IMG/VR virus record: IMGVR_UViG_3300044513_000135
Location: 1-27,746 of that record
Length of the DNA stretch: 27,746 nt
From: a virus
Taxonomy: Duplodnaviria > Caudoviricetes
Reading direction: 5' to 3' (one strand)
The notes below the pieces were generated by a model. That model worked only from the letters and a program-made list of their open reading frames with translations. It had not been told where the DNA came from and did no database searches. The translations under genes were made by a program, and so were the position numbers. Position 1 is the stretch's first letter; the number at the start of each line of letters is the position of its first letter. Positions 9,901 to 18,221 of the stretch are shown here, piece after piece.

Positions 9901-10997
9901 CAGCAGGTAGTATGAATATAGGGTCAGGAACTTTTACTGTTGATACTTCAGGAAATATGGTTGCTACAAGTGCAACTATAACAGGAGCTATAACTGCTAC
10001 AAGTGGAACATTTGCAGGCAGTCTTAGTTCAGCAGATGGTACTTTTACAGGTACTCTTAGTGGTGTAGATGGTACTTTTTCAGGCAGTCTTAGTTCTGCA
10101 AGTGGTACTTTTACAGGTGCTTTAAGCGGTGGTACTATATCTATTGGTTCAGGTAATAGTATTTTTAAAGCAGATAGTAATGGTATTTATTTAGGTAATG
10201 CAACATTTGGCTCTGCTCCATTTAGAGTAACTCCAACAGGTGCTTTGACAGCAACTAATGCAACTATAACAGGTGATGTTACAGCTACAAGTGGTACATT
10301 TGCAGGTGACATAGTTGCTAATAATCTAAACATAACAAGTGCAACTGTAACAGGTAGTCTAAGTGCTGATAATATTCAAATAGATAACGTTACTATTGAT
10401 ACTGATGGAAGTGGTAATTTAATTATTAAATCAGATGGTGTAGGCACTACACAAATAGCAGATAACGCTGTTACTAATGATAAAGTAAATAGCATATCAG
10501 CAACTAAGATTACTGCCGACCAATTGGATTCAGCAAGAATTAATGTAGATACTTTGAATGTTAAGAGTTTTGATAATGTAAGTTCTACTATTGTTAGTCA
10601 TGTAACAGCAGGAACCAAATTCCCACTAGCAAGAGATGGTCAAGCCTATGTGCAAAGAACATCACCTTATACAGGCAGTAATGCTTCTTTTGTACCAGTA
10701 ACTATTACTCAAGTTAGAGATAATGCTGGTTATGTTGCTATCTTCTCAGGTGTTCTTGGTGATGTAAGTGGTGGTAGGGTTCAATATTCTTTAAATAATT
10801 CTACTTGGGTCAATGCAAATGGAAATACAAACATTTCTTGGAGTGCTGGAACTTATAGGGGATATACTTATGTTTATACAGGGCAGATAACAACATTATC
10901 TACATCACAATCAACTGTTTATTGGAGAGTATATTTCTCAGGAGCTTATAATCATACTCAGCTTTCACTTAATGTAATGATGGATAACACAAGATAA
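6903..10997 (+). CDS. Tip attachment / central tail fibre protein (gpJ-like)
   Basis: IPVIYGTRRVG, VRGKKVYDPR, SDNPAL, FHCNG, VGDIV motifs, FN3-like segment and Gly/Thr/Ser-rich fibre repeats. Start 6903 overlaps the upstream TAA. Confidence 0.88.
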   Translation: MAFMLPAFFSKIGAFIVGNWAKIKAAAFIATLAVGVKGYRQAQDMLAQSQAILANKTSAGGKIPVIYGTRRVGAQIIYMDVSANDSRDLYVVYALSVGECDEILGRTIELDGNPLTDSARFRDGGYIGSDKISSGSGSLNTVSQNGTGIDAGAGQFGTSPTSKYRYVMNLHHGAASQTADPMLVASMPNWTSAHKLNGICYIAAHYGYDKEGIWSGVPQLTVQVRGKKVYDPRDSGQTFGTPSTYEYSDNPALTFLDYITNNEYGKGLIESQINMSTFSSAANVCDTEVDNPFFGGTSKSLTWSGVAGDSFITIGGSDPNSDWWQNKIGELIDIYDNNGDGVITGKEITDIQRDEFFDQNPLYRVYFNDTLGTNYSTQSTGSSLAKIKRFHCNGYLDTNKNVMENAKELLANMRGIFLYIDGKYELQIEDTGTSTFTITDDHIIADAGISVDYGNKDKKANKVIVEFFNANKKYELDTATVLHDASPEYYSDDGDEILEIKAEFPYISDPYIAYNMGKAILTRSRNQTTMQFLGTPEMYKLNVGDIVDLTYAGLGFSGKVCRVEALELQPNGLVAVSLIEYFDVYTWEVPPQEPVEELANLPSAYAVKAPTNITFTDTDSSSTGRPFLSWDEPTDFPDYQYRVNVVDNSGNQVINRIVDVENCDLNFVPTGSYVANITSLNTLGTESSPARFPTSGTFTIGDAPVIEFDIADAAVVTDKINNGAVTNVKINDLSAGKINTGELNLGQESGMAVRQTKTGYTSTATGFWLGNDGGTPKFNIGTSTNYLKFDGTDLDISGEISATTGSIGGFSVGETSLTAGTGTSRISLSTTDGIHLGDNTFSSAPFRVELDGSLTATDATVTGTLTLTNIDGATVVYSGGNLVVGTIGGSNLGSSAIFPTTLRYERSNSTSAPSDAEFNTAFGRNPRSNDIVVVSRTDTNAQVAYKHNGTSFSAVTNYIDGDLIVDGSITTDQLAANSVEANQINVGTLSAISANMGSITAGSMNIGSGTFTVDTSGNMVATSATITGAITATSGTFAGSLSSADGTFTGTLSGVDGTFSGSLSSASGTFTGALSGGTISIGSGNSIFKADSNGIYLGNATFGSAPFRVTPTGALTATNATITGDVTATSGTFAGDIVANNLNITSATVTGSLSADNIQIDNVTIDTDGSGNLIIKSDGVGTTQIADNAVTNDKVNSISATKITADQLDSARINVDTLNVKSFDNVSSTIVSHVTAGTKFPLARDGQAYVQRTSPYTGSNASFVPVTITQVRDNAGYVAIFSGVLGDVSGGRVQYSLNNSTWVNANGNTNISWSAGTYRGYTYVYTGQITTLSTSQSTVYWRVYFSGAYNHTQLSLNVMMDNTR
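10001..10130 (+). repeat. Tandem 33-nt (11 aa) coding repeats GTF[AST]G[AST]LS in the central fibre
   Basis: SGTFAGSLSSA-DGTFTGTLSGV-DGTFSGSLSSA-SGTFTGALSG. Confidence 0.8.
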
Positions 10998-11365
10998 TGA
11001 ACATATTTACTATATACAATTTAGAAACTGGTGAAATAGACCATTCAACCTCTACTGTTGCAGAAATACACGAAGTAGGTTTATTACTAGGACAAGGGAT
11101 TATTGAGGGTGATTATCAACCCAATGAATATAAGATAATTGATGGTGAAGCAGTTATAAGAACTGATAATGTATTAGAAATATTAAGAAACAAAAGAAAC
11201 GAATTATTAAAACAATCAGATTGGACTCAAGTAAATGACTGTCCTTTATCTGATTCTAAAAAACAAGAATGGGCAACATACAGGCAATCATTAAGAGACT
11301 TACCATCTACACATCAGTCAGTCAATAATATTGCTGATGTTATATTTCCAAGTACCCCTGAATGA
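10997..11365 (+). CDS. Tail fibre assembly chaperone
   Basis: LRNKRNELLKQSDWTQ...W.TYRQSLRDLP signature. Confidence 0.88.
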   Translation: MNIFTIYNLETGEIDHSTSTVAEIHEVGLLLGQGIIEGDYQPNEYKIIDGEAVIRTDNVLEILRNKRNELLKQSDWTQVNDCPLSDSKKQEWATYRQSLRDLPSTHQSVNNIADVIFPSTPE

Positions 11366-11393
11366 TTTAAGATATATAAAATAGGATTTTATT

Positions 11394-14300
11394 ATGGCAC
11401 AACACGATTACAACATAGCAAACCAATCAGGTGCAGACTTTAGAGCAGATTTAAACAATGCTTTATTAGCTATTGCAACTGTTAATAGTGGAGCAACAGA
11501 ACCATCAACTACATTTGCTCATCAATTATGGGTAGATACATCTAGCAGTGTATTAAAGATAAGAAACGCTGCTGATAATGCATGGATTACTACAGGTGTT
11601 AGTATCACTGCATCTAATACTTTTACAGGTGACTTAACAGGAGATGTTACTGGTAACTTAACAGGTAATGTTACAGGTAATGTAACTGGTGATTTAACAG
11701 GTAATGCTGATTCTGCTGATACTCTAAGTACAGCAAGAACTATATCTTTATCAGGAGATGTAGTAGGTTCAGCTTCTTTTGATGGTAGTGCCAATATAGA
11801 TATAGATACAGTAGTTCAAATTAATTCTATTACTTTAGGAACTGATACTACTGGTGATTATGTTGAATCTATGTCAGGTGGAACTGGTGTAACAGTAACA
11901 GGTGGAACTGGTGAAGGTTCTACTCCTAGTATTGCTATAGGACAAGCTGTAGCTACAACTGATAATGTTACTTTTAATTTAGTTACTGCAACAGATGAAT
12001 TTGTTGGTGATTTAGATGGTGCTGTTAGATTTAGTGCAAAAGCTGGTGAAGCATTAACAAAAGGTGATTTAGTTTATGTCTCAGGAGTTTCAGGTGATGT
12101 TCCAGTGGTATCTAAAGCTAAAGCTGATGATGTTTCTAAAATGCCCGTATTTGGTTTAGCTGTAACAGATGCTAATAATAATGCAGGATTACAAGTTGCA
12201 ACATTTGGTACGTTAGATGGATTAGATACCTCAGGTGTATCAGAAGGACAAATTTTATATGCTTCAACAACAGCAGGTGCTTATACAACAACAAAACCAA
12301 CAGGTGAATCAAGTCAAATACAAAACATAGGTAAAGTTATAAGAAGTCATGCTGCTGCTGGTTCAATTAAAATAGGTGGTGCTGGTAGAAGTAATGATGT
12401 TCCAAACTTAAACAATGGAAAGATATTTATAGGTAATGCTTCTAATCAAGCAATTACATCAACACTTGATACTTCTATAGTCATTGAAAATACTAATCTT
12501 TACTATACAACAGCAAGAGCAAATACAGATTTCGATACAAGATTAGCTACAAAAGATACAGGCGATTTAACAGAAGGTAGCAATCTTTATTACACAACAG
12601 CTAGAGTTAATTCAGATTTTGATACTAGATTAGCTACTAAAGATACTGGCGATTTAGCTGAAGGTTCTAATCTTTACTATACAGATGCAAGAGTTAATTC
12701 TGCTTTTGATACTAGGTTAGCTACCAAAGACACTGATGATTTAACTGAGGGAACTACTAATTTATACTATACATCAGGAAGAGCTAATTCAGATTTTGAT
12801 ACTAGACTTGCAACTAAGTCTACAACTGATTTAGCAGAAGGTACTAATTTATATTACACATCAGCTAGATTTGATTCAGCTTTTACATCTAAAGATACAG
12901 ATGATTTAAGTGAAGGAACAACTAATCTATATTATACAACTGCAAGATTTGATTCTGCATTTGGTAACAAAACAACTACTGATTTAACAGAAGGCACAAA
13001 TTTATACTATACAGATACAAGAGCAAATTCAGCTATAGATACAAGAGTTACTAAAGCATTTGTTGATGCGCTAGGAATACAAGCATCAAGCGTAGATGCT
13101 AACTCAGTAACACTTGGAACTGATACAGTAGGTAACTATGTTGCAACAGTAACTGGAACTGCTAATAAAATCACTGTTACAGGTAGTGGAAGTGAGTCTG
13201 CAAACATAACGCTATCACTACCTGATGATGTTCAGATTGCATCTGATTTAACAGTAGCTGGTAATTTAACAGTCAATGGTACTCTTACATCACTAGACAC
13301 AACGAATCTTGATATAGAAGATAACTTATTCCAGCTTAATGCAGGTCTTACAGGAAGCCCTGTTAATGATTCAGGTATGCTTATCAATAGAGGTGACCAA
13401 GATAATGGTATCTTTATGTGGGATGAATCTGTTGATAAATTCACAATGGGTCTTACTACAGCAGATGGTAGTGCTACAGGTAATATTACTCTTAATTCAC
13501 TTGGTACTTTAGTTGCTAATTTAGAAGGTAATGTTACTGGAGCAGTTACAGGAACTGTATCTAGCTTATCCAATCACGATACTGATGATTTAACTGAAGG
13601 CTCTAATCTTTATTATACTCAAGCAAGATTTGATTCTGCTTTTACTGCTAAGTCTACAAGTGATTTATCTGAAGGCAGTAACCTTTACTATACAGATGCT
13701 AGATTTGATACAAGACTAGCAACAAAAGATACTGATGATGTATCTGAAGGCACTAGCAATCTTTACTATACAACAGCTAGATTTGATTCTGCTTTTGGTG
13801 GTAAGTCTACATCTGATTTATCAGAAGGTACTAATCTTTATTATACTGATGCAAGAGTACAAGCTGTTTCTATAAACAATGTTGTTGAAGATACAACCCC
13901 TCAGCTTGGTGGGAATTTAGATTTAAACTCAAGCGATATAACAGGTACTGGTGATATAAACGTAACAGGTACAGTAACTGCTGATGGTTTGACTGTTGAT
14001 GGTTCTGCTGATGGAAGCATTATAAATATTACTAAAAATGGTTCAGATGTAGGAAATATTGGCGTTGATAACAGTGACAACTTAGTGATAGAAGGTAACT
14101 CATCTCATTCAGGGTTACAGTTTAGTACAAATTCAATATTGCCACATAAAAATGGGGCAGTAGTAGATGCAACTATTAGTCTTGGAAATGCTAGTACTCG
14201 TTTTACAAACCTCCACCTTTCAGGTACAGCCACAATGGATGGGCTTTTAGTTGAGGGAGAAACAGCAGGTCAAGGGGCTTCTATAGAAGTACATGCAACA

Positions 14301-16145
14301 GCTTCGGAGTTTGGTGATGCTCTTTTAATTGCAAAATCTGATAACGCAAATACTTTTATTCATGCAGGAGTGAAGATTCATGGAAGTGGTAATCCTTTTT
14401 ACATATATCAATCAAATGGGTCGGCTACTAACACGTTAAGATTTAATTATAATGGTTTCTCCGATACGGGTGGTCAAATGACTATTGGCTCCAACGGAGA
14501 CATCTCCTTCTACGAAGATACAGGAACTACAGCTAAGTTCTTTTGGGATGCAAGTGCTGAATCGCTTGGAATTGGTGAGACTAGTCCTAGTGCGTCTTAC
14601 AGTATTGATGCAACTAAGGGAATACGAAGCTCAGCGGCGGCTCCTAACTTTACACTGCAAGAAACTGATACAGGAAACCAGACTTGGTTGATGGCTTCTT
14701 ATGGTGGTACTTTTGCAGTTAGAGACACAACAGTTGCAGGTTCATCTTATCCTTTACAAATACAAGCCGCTACACCTAATAACACTTTATTTTTAAAATC
14801 AGATGGCAACGTTGGAATTGGAACGAGTAGTCCTGATACAAAACTTCATGTCCATGCTACTGGTGGTTCAGAACCTTTAGGTTTATTCCAAACAACTTCA
14901 ACAGGAGACTGTGCTGTAAGAATTGAGGGAATAGGTGGTGAAGCATATTTAGAAATTGCTAATACTAGTGCAAGTACAGGTAATACAAGTAACAGTTGGG
15001 GTATTGGTTGTAATGATGATACCAATTTACATATTGCTTATGGCACGAATGGCACTATGAATAAAAATAGTAATGTACCATACGTTTTTGTTAACTCTTC
15101 ATCAGGCAACGTTGGAATTGGAACGACTAGTCCTGCACAAGCATTAGTAGTAAATCGTTCTAGTGGAAACACATATTTAGAAATTAGTAGAGCTACACAA
15201 TCACAAGGACAAGTTGCTTTACAACTTACTGGTGGTACAGGTGGTACTAACTGGATAATGTATCAAGATACTTCTTCAAATGATTTAAGATTTTTTGGAA
15301 ACTCAGCTACTAGAATGACCATAGACTCATCAGGCAACGTTGGAATTGGAACTAGTAGTCCTAACTTTAAATTACACCTAAAAGATGGTACAAGTACAGC
15401 AGTCTATCAACAGTTTACCAACGACACTACAGGCAACACATCAGGGGATGGTACTGTTTTAGGTATAGATGCTGATGGTGATTTCTTAATTAATAACTTG
15501 GAATCCAAGACCATCAAATTATTCACAGCAGACGAAGAAAGAATGCGTATTGATAGTTCAGGCAACTTGCTTTGGGCAAATACTGGTGGTGTATCATCAT
15601 CTCAATCAGGAATAGTGTTTAATAATACAACACATCCTTATATACAAGTATCTGGTGGTGCTGATACATCTTTTAGATACAGAATGGAATTTATCAATGG
15701 TAATGGCATAGTAGGAACTATTACTACTAATGGTTCAGCAACAGCCTATAACACATCATCAGACTATCGTTTAAAAGAAAATGTAGATTATGACTTTAAT
15801 GCTCTTGATAGAGTTGCACAACTAAAACCTGCTAGATTTAATTTTATATCTGATGAAACAAATACATTGGTTGATGGTTTCTTAGCACACGAAGTACAAG
15901 ATATAGTTCCTGAAGCTATTACAGGAACAAAAGATGCAGTAAGAGAAGAAGAATACGAAATCACACCAGCAGTATTAGATGATGATGGTAATGTTGTTAC
16001 TGAAGCTGAAATGGGAACAAGAGAAGTACCTGAATATCAAGGCATAGACCAAAGCAAACTTGTACCTCTTTTAACTAAAGCTATACAAGAACAACAAGAA
16101 CTTATAAATAATTTAACAGCTAGGATAGAACAGCTAGAAAATTAG
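11394..16145 (+). CDS. Long tail fibre with C-terminal intramolecular chaperone (peptidase S74)
   Basis: MAQHDYNIANQ anchor, GNVTG repeats, NLYYT repeats, GNVGIGT.SP modules, TSSDYRLKEN...GFLAHEVQ...LVPLLTKAIQE. Confidence 0.92.
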   Translation: MAQHDYNIANQSGADFRADLNNALLAIATVNSGATEPSTTFAHQLWVDTSSSVLKIRNAADNAWITTGVSITASNTFTGDLTGDVTGNLTGNVTGNVTGDLTGNADSADTLSTARTISLSGDVVGSASFDGSANIDIDTVVQINSITLGTDTTGDYVESMSGGTGVTVTGGTGEGSTPSIAIGQAVATTDNVTFNLVTATDEFVGDLDGAVRFSAKAGEALTKGDLVYVSGVSGDVPVVSKAKADDVSKMPVFGLAVTDANNNAGLQVATFGTLDGLDTSGVSEGQILYASTTAGAYTTTKPTGESSQIQNIGKVIRSHAAAGSIKIGGAGRSNDVPNLNNGKIFIGNASNQAITSTLDTSIVIENTNLYYTTARANTDFDTRLATKDTGDLTEGSNLYYTTARVNSDFDTRLATKDTGDLAEGSNLYYTDARVNSAFDTRLATKDTDDLTEGTTNLYYTSGRANSDFDTRLATKSTTDLAEGTNLYYTSARFDSAFTSKDTDDLSEGTTNLYYTTARFDSAFGNKTTTDLTEGTNLYYTDTRANSAIDTRVTKAFVDALGIQASSVDANSVTLGTDTVGNYVATVTGTANKITVTGSGSESANITLSLPDDVQIASDLTVAGNLTVNGTLTSLDTTNLDIEDNLFQLNAGLTGSPVNDSGMLINRGDQDNGIFMWDESVDKFTMGLTTADGSATGNITLNSLGTLVANLEGNVTGAVTGTVSSLSNHDTDDLTEGSNLYYTQARFDSAFTAKSTSDLSEGSNLYYTDARFDTRLATKDTDDVSEGTSNLYYTTARFDSAFGGKSTSDLSEGTNLYYTDARVQAVSINNVVEDTTPQLGGNLDLNSSDITGTGDINVTGTVTADGLTVDGSADGSIINITKNGSDVGNIGVDNSDNLVIEGNSSHSGLQFSTNSILPHKNGAVVDATISLGNASTRFTNLHLSGTATMDGLLVEGETAGQGASIEVHATASEFGDALLIAKSDNANTFIHAGVKIHGSGNPFYIYQSNGSATNTLRFNYNGFSDTGGQMTIGSNGDISFYEDTGTTAKFFWDASAESLGIGETSPSASYSIDATKGIRSSAAAPNFTLQETDTGNQTWLMASYGGTFAVRDTTVAGSSYPLQIQAATPNNTLFLKSDGNVGIGTSSPDTKLHVHATGGSEPLGLFQTTSTGDCAVRIEGIGGEAYLEIANTSASTGNTSNSWGIGCNDDTNLHIAYGTNGTMNKNSNVPYVFVNSSSGNVGIGTTSPAQALVVNRSSGNTYLEISRATQSQGQVALQLTGGTGGTNWIMYQDTSSNDLRFFGNSATRMTIDSSGNVGIGTSSPNFKLHLKDGTSTAVYQQFTNDTTGNTSGDGTVLGIDADGDFLINNLESKTIKLFTADEERMRIDSSGNLLWANTGGVSSSQSGIVFNNTTHPYIQVSGGADTSFRYRMEFINGNGIVGTITTNGSATAYNTSSDYRLKENVDYDFNALDRVAQLKPARFNFISDETNTLVDGFLAHEVQDIVPEAITGTKDAVREEEYEITPAVLDDDGNVVTEAEMGTREVPEYQGIDQSKLVPLLTKAIQEQQELINNLTARIEQLEN
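12480..13860 (+). repeat. Eleven coding repeats DL.EG.NLYYT.AR (25-30 aa) in two blocks (7 + 4)
   Basis: NLYY recurs at 12495, 12582, 12669, 12759, 12846, 12924 and 12999, plus four copies at about 13575-13860. Confidence 0.9.
14805..15362 (+). repeat. Three exact copies of GGCAACGTTGGAATTGGAAC (14805, 15105, 15333)
   Basis: Direct repeats read from the sequence; each extends to ...TAGTCCT. Confidence 0.9.
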
Positions 16146-16183
16146 TATATAATTTAATTTTAAATAACTTATAGGAGAGTTAA

Positions 16184-16447
16184 ATGAGTAAAGAAGAAAA
16201 TAAAATGGAAAACCAAGAACCAGTAATAATTACATTTAATAACGTAGAGTACAGAGCTTCTGATTTAAATGAAGAGCAAATGGCTTTAGCTGCTAAGTTA
16301 AATGTTGCTGGTAAAAAACTAGCTAGACTTCAAGAATACTATGATGATTATGTCATTACTAATGAATATAAGAATCTAGTTATTGAATCATTTGACAGAG
16401 CTATTAAAGCTGAAGATGAAGAAGTCGAGGTAGTAGAGGAAGAATAA
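16184..16447 (+). CDS. Hypothetical coiled-coil protein following the tail fibre
   Basis: AGGAG SD upstream; ITFNNVEY..SDL.EEQ pattern and acidic tail. Confidence 0.7.
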   Translation: MSKEENKMENQEPVIITFNNVEYRASDLNEEQMALAAKLNVAGKKLARLQEYYDDYVITNEYKNLVIESFDRAIKAEDEEVEVVEEE

Positions 16448-16683
16448 TGCCTAGAGTCACCGCACAAGATATCGGAGTTGAATTAGAAAAACACGAAATC
16501 CAATGCGGTGAAAGATGGACTCAAAACTGGAATAGACTTAAAAAGATAGAAGAACAAGTTAAGGACTTAGATGGTAAGACTGAACTTAAATTGAATCAAA
16601 TTGATTGGTCTATTAAGGGTGGTTTGGGTGCAGTGATATTAATACTATTAAGTGGCATTATCACCTTGATTGTTAAATTATGA
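16447..16683 (+). CDS. Coiled-coil protein with C-terminal transmembrane helix (holin/XhlA-like accessory)
   Basis: HEIQCGERW motif, coiled coil, hydrophobic GGLGAVILILLSGIITLIV; adjacent to the holin. Confidence 0.6.
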   Translation: MPRVTAQDIGVELEKHEIQCGERWTQNWNRLKKIEEQVKDLDGKTELKLNQIDWSIKGGLGAVILILLSGIITLIVKL

Positions 16684-17051
16684 TAGATAAACTTATCCAA
16701 CCTATCAGCAAAATTCTTGATAAATTTATTCCTGATGCTGATGTAAAACAAAAGATTGCACATGAACTTGCAACTATGTCTGAAAAGCATATACACGAAA
16801 TTGCTAAAGCACAAATAGAAGTCAACAAAGAAGAAGCTAAAGGTAACTGGTTTCAATCATCTTGGAGACCAGCTACTGCATGGGTATGTGTTGCAGGCTT
16901 TGCAGTCAACTTTTTAATTAGTCCTTTATTAGCACCTTTTGGTATTGATGTACCACAAGCTGATACTTCTACTATGCTACCTGTATTAATGGGTATGCTA
17001 GGACTAGGTGGGATGAGAAGCTATGAGAAAACAAAAGGATTAACAAAATAA
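16680..17051 (+). CDS. Holin (3TM / GTA-type holin family)
   Basis: AQIEVNKEEA, WRPATAW and GMLGLGGMRSYEK signatures; directly upstream of the lysozyme. Confidence 0.85.
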   Translation: MIDKLIQPISKILDKFIPDADVKQKIAHELATMSEKHIHEIAKAQIEVNKEEAKGNWFQSSWRPATAWVCVAGFAVNFLISPLLAPFGIDVPQADTSTMLPVLMGMLGLGGMRSYEKTKGLTK

Positions 17052-17494
17052 TGTACGACAACATAAAAGAAATGCTAATCAAGAATGAAGGATTGGTATG
17101 TCAACCTTATCATTGTAGTGCTAACAAGCTAACAATAGGCGTAGGAAGGAACTTAGAATCCAATGGCATATCAGAAGATGAAGCTATGTATCTTTTAGAA
17201 AATGACATTCAAAGAGTCGTAGATAACTTAGATAAGATGTGGGAAGTATGGAGAAGTTTCCCTATCCCTGCTCAAGAAGTATGTGTTGATATGGCATTTC
17301 AAATGGGTATAGCAGGGTTTATGAATTTTAGACAAACAAGAGCATTGATGGAGATGGGATGCTGGTTAGAAGCATCAGAGGAAGTTTTAAGAAGTAAGTA
17401 TGCAGTTCAAACACCAAATAGGGCAGCTAGGAATTCAAGAAAACTAGCCTTATGTCAAAATGCCAAGAAAGACATCAGACCAACATCAAAATAA
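17051..17494 (+). CDS. Endolysin, T4-like lysozyme (GH24)
   Basis: EG....Y.C....TIGVGRNL, DMAFQMG, SKYAVQTPNRA.R. Confidence 0.9.
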   Translation: MYDNIKEMLIKNEGLVCQPYHCSANKLTIGVGRNLESNGISEDEAMYLLENDIQRVVDNLDKMWEVWRSFPIPAQEVCVDMAFQMGIAGFMNFRQTRALMEMGCWLEASEEVLRSKYAVQTPNRAARNSRKLALCQNAKKDIRPTSK

Positions 17495-17906
17495 TTCAAG
17501 ACTTGGTGCTTTAGGCGAATCTCTAGTACAAACCTTCTTGCTTGAATATGCAGACTTCTGCTTTCCAACCCAAGAAAAACATCCTGCTGATTTATGTATG
17601 GAACTAAATCGTTGTATGTATACTATACAAGTAAAAAGCAGAAGAGCTACTAAACAAAATAAATTTGTCTTTGCTGCTGAGAACTCAAGGTCACAATCAG
17701 AAACCTATAAGAACTATCATTGTGACATTCTAGCTTTTGTTTTCTTTTATGATGACCAAAAGCGAATCATGTTTAAAGCAAATACATCATCACAAAACTA
17801 TTTCACTTTTGATAAGAAGGCTATCACTGAATCTATGGAATTAGATTCTCTAAAAGAAACACTGGACAATCTTAGTTCAGTACCAGTTCTGAATCCTATA
17901 ATTTAG
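17460..17906 (+). CDS. Free-standing PD-(D/E)xK endonuclease (homing-endonuclease-like)
   Basis: G..GE N-terminal helix, D...IQVKS catalytic motif, CDILAFV. Confidence 0.7.
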   Translation: MPRKTSDQHQNNSRLGALGESLVQTFLLEYADFCFPTQEKHPADLCMELNRCMYTIQVKSRRATKQNKFVFAAENSRSQSETYKNYHCDILAFVFFYDDQKRIMFKANTSSQNYFTFDKKAITESMELDSLKETLDNLSSVPVLNPII

Positions 17907-17929
17907 CACCTAAAAATAAATTAATATTT

Positions 17930-17960
17930 TTATACACATTTATATATATTTATGTATAAT
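17930..17960 (+). promoter_or_regulatory. Putative sigma70-type promoter overlapped by a 7-bp inverted repeat
   Basis: TATAAT at 17955-17960; TATACA at 17931-17936 (18-nt spacer); TTATACA/TGTATAA inverted repeat; AT-rich gap at the late/early boundary. Confidence 0.55.
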
Positions 17961-17996
17961 ACCTATATGTTAATTAAAAATAAGGAGTTAAATAAC

Positions 17997-18221
17997 ATGA
18001 CAAACAAAACAGACTATACAACTAAGCGTAACTACTTTGTATCAGTGGATGATGACATCAACAACATACAAAAAAAATTACATTCAATTACTAACATAAT
18101 AGATAAATTAAATACTGACTTAGATGGTTTACCAAGACAGGTTACTGATATGGATGCAAGTTATATTTTATATAAACTAAAAAAAGTAGTAGACCAATAT
18201 TCAGGAGCAAATAATGACTAG
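17997..18221 (+). CDS. Hypothetical early protein
   Basis: AAGGAG SD at 17982-17987 favours the ATG at 17997 over 17952. Confidence 0.7.
   Translation: MTNKTDYTTKRNYFVSVDDDINNIQKKLHSITNIIDKLNTDLDGLPRQVTDMDASYILYKLKKVVDQYSGANND

Noticed and set aside
14485-14691. Alternate-frame + strand ORF (also 23040-23231)
   Set aside because: Nested in larger genes, with no convincing SD or motif.
14805-15362. Tail-fibre repeats as a CRISPR array or shufflon
   Set aside because: Spacing is 228-300 bp and in frame, all copies are in direct orientation, and there is no cas gene or site-specific recombinase in the window.
11394-16145. Diversity-generating retroelement targeting the tail fibre
   Set aside because: No reverse transcriptase, and no template/variable repeat pair differing only at adenines.
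16148-16153. TATAAT before the lysis region (also TAAAAT at 11377 and TATAAT at 21757)
   Set aside because: No convincing -35 element; such hexamers are common in AT-rich DNA.
17460-17906. Group I intron carrying the endonuclease
   Set aside because: The lysozyme appears complete, there is no downstream exon and no space for a ribozyme core.
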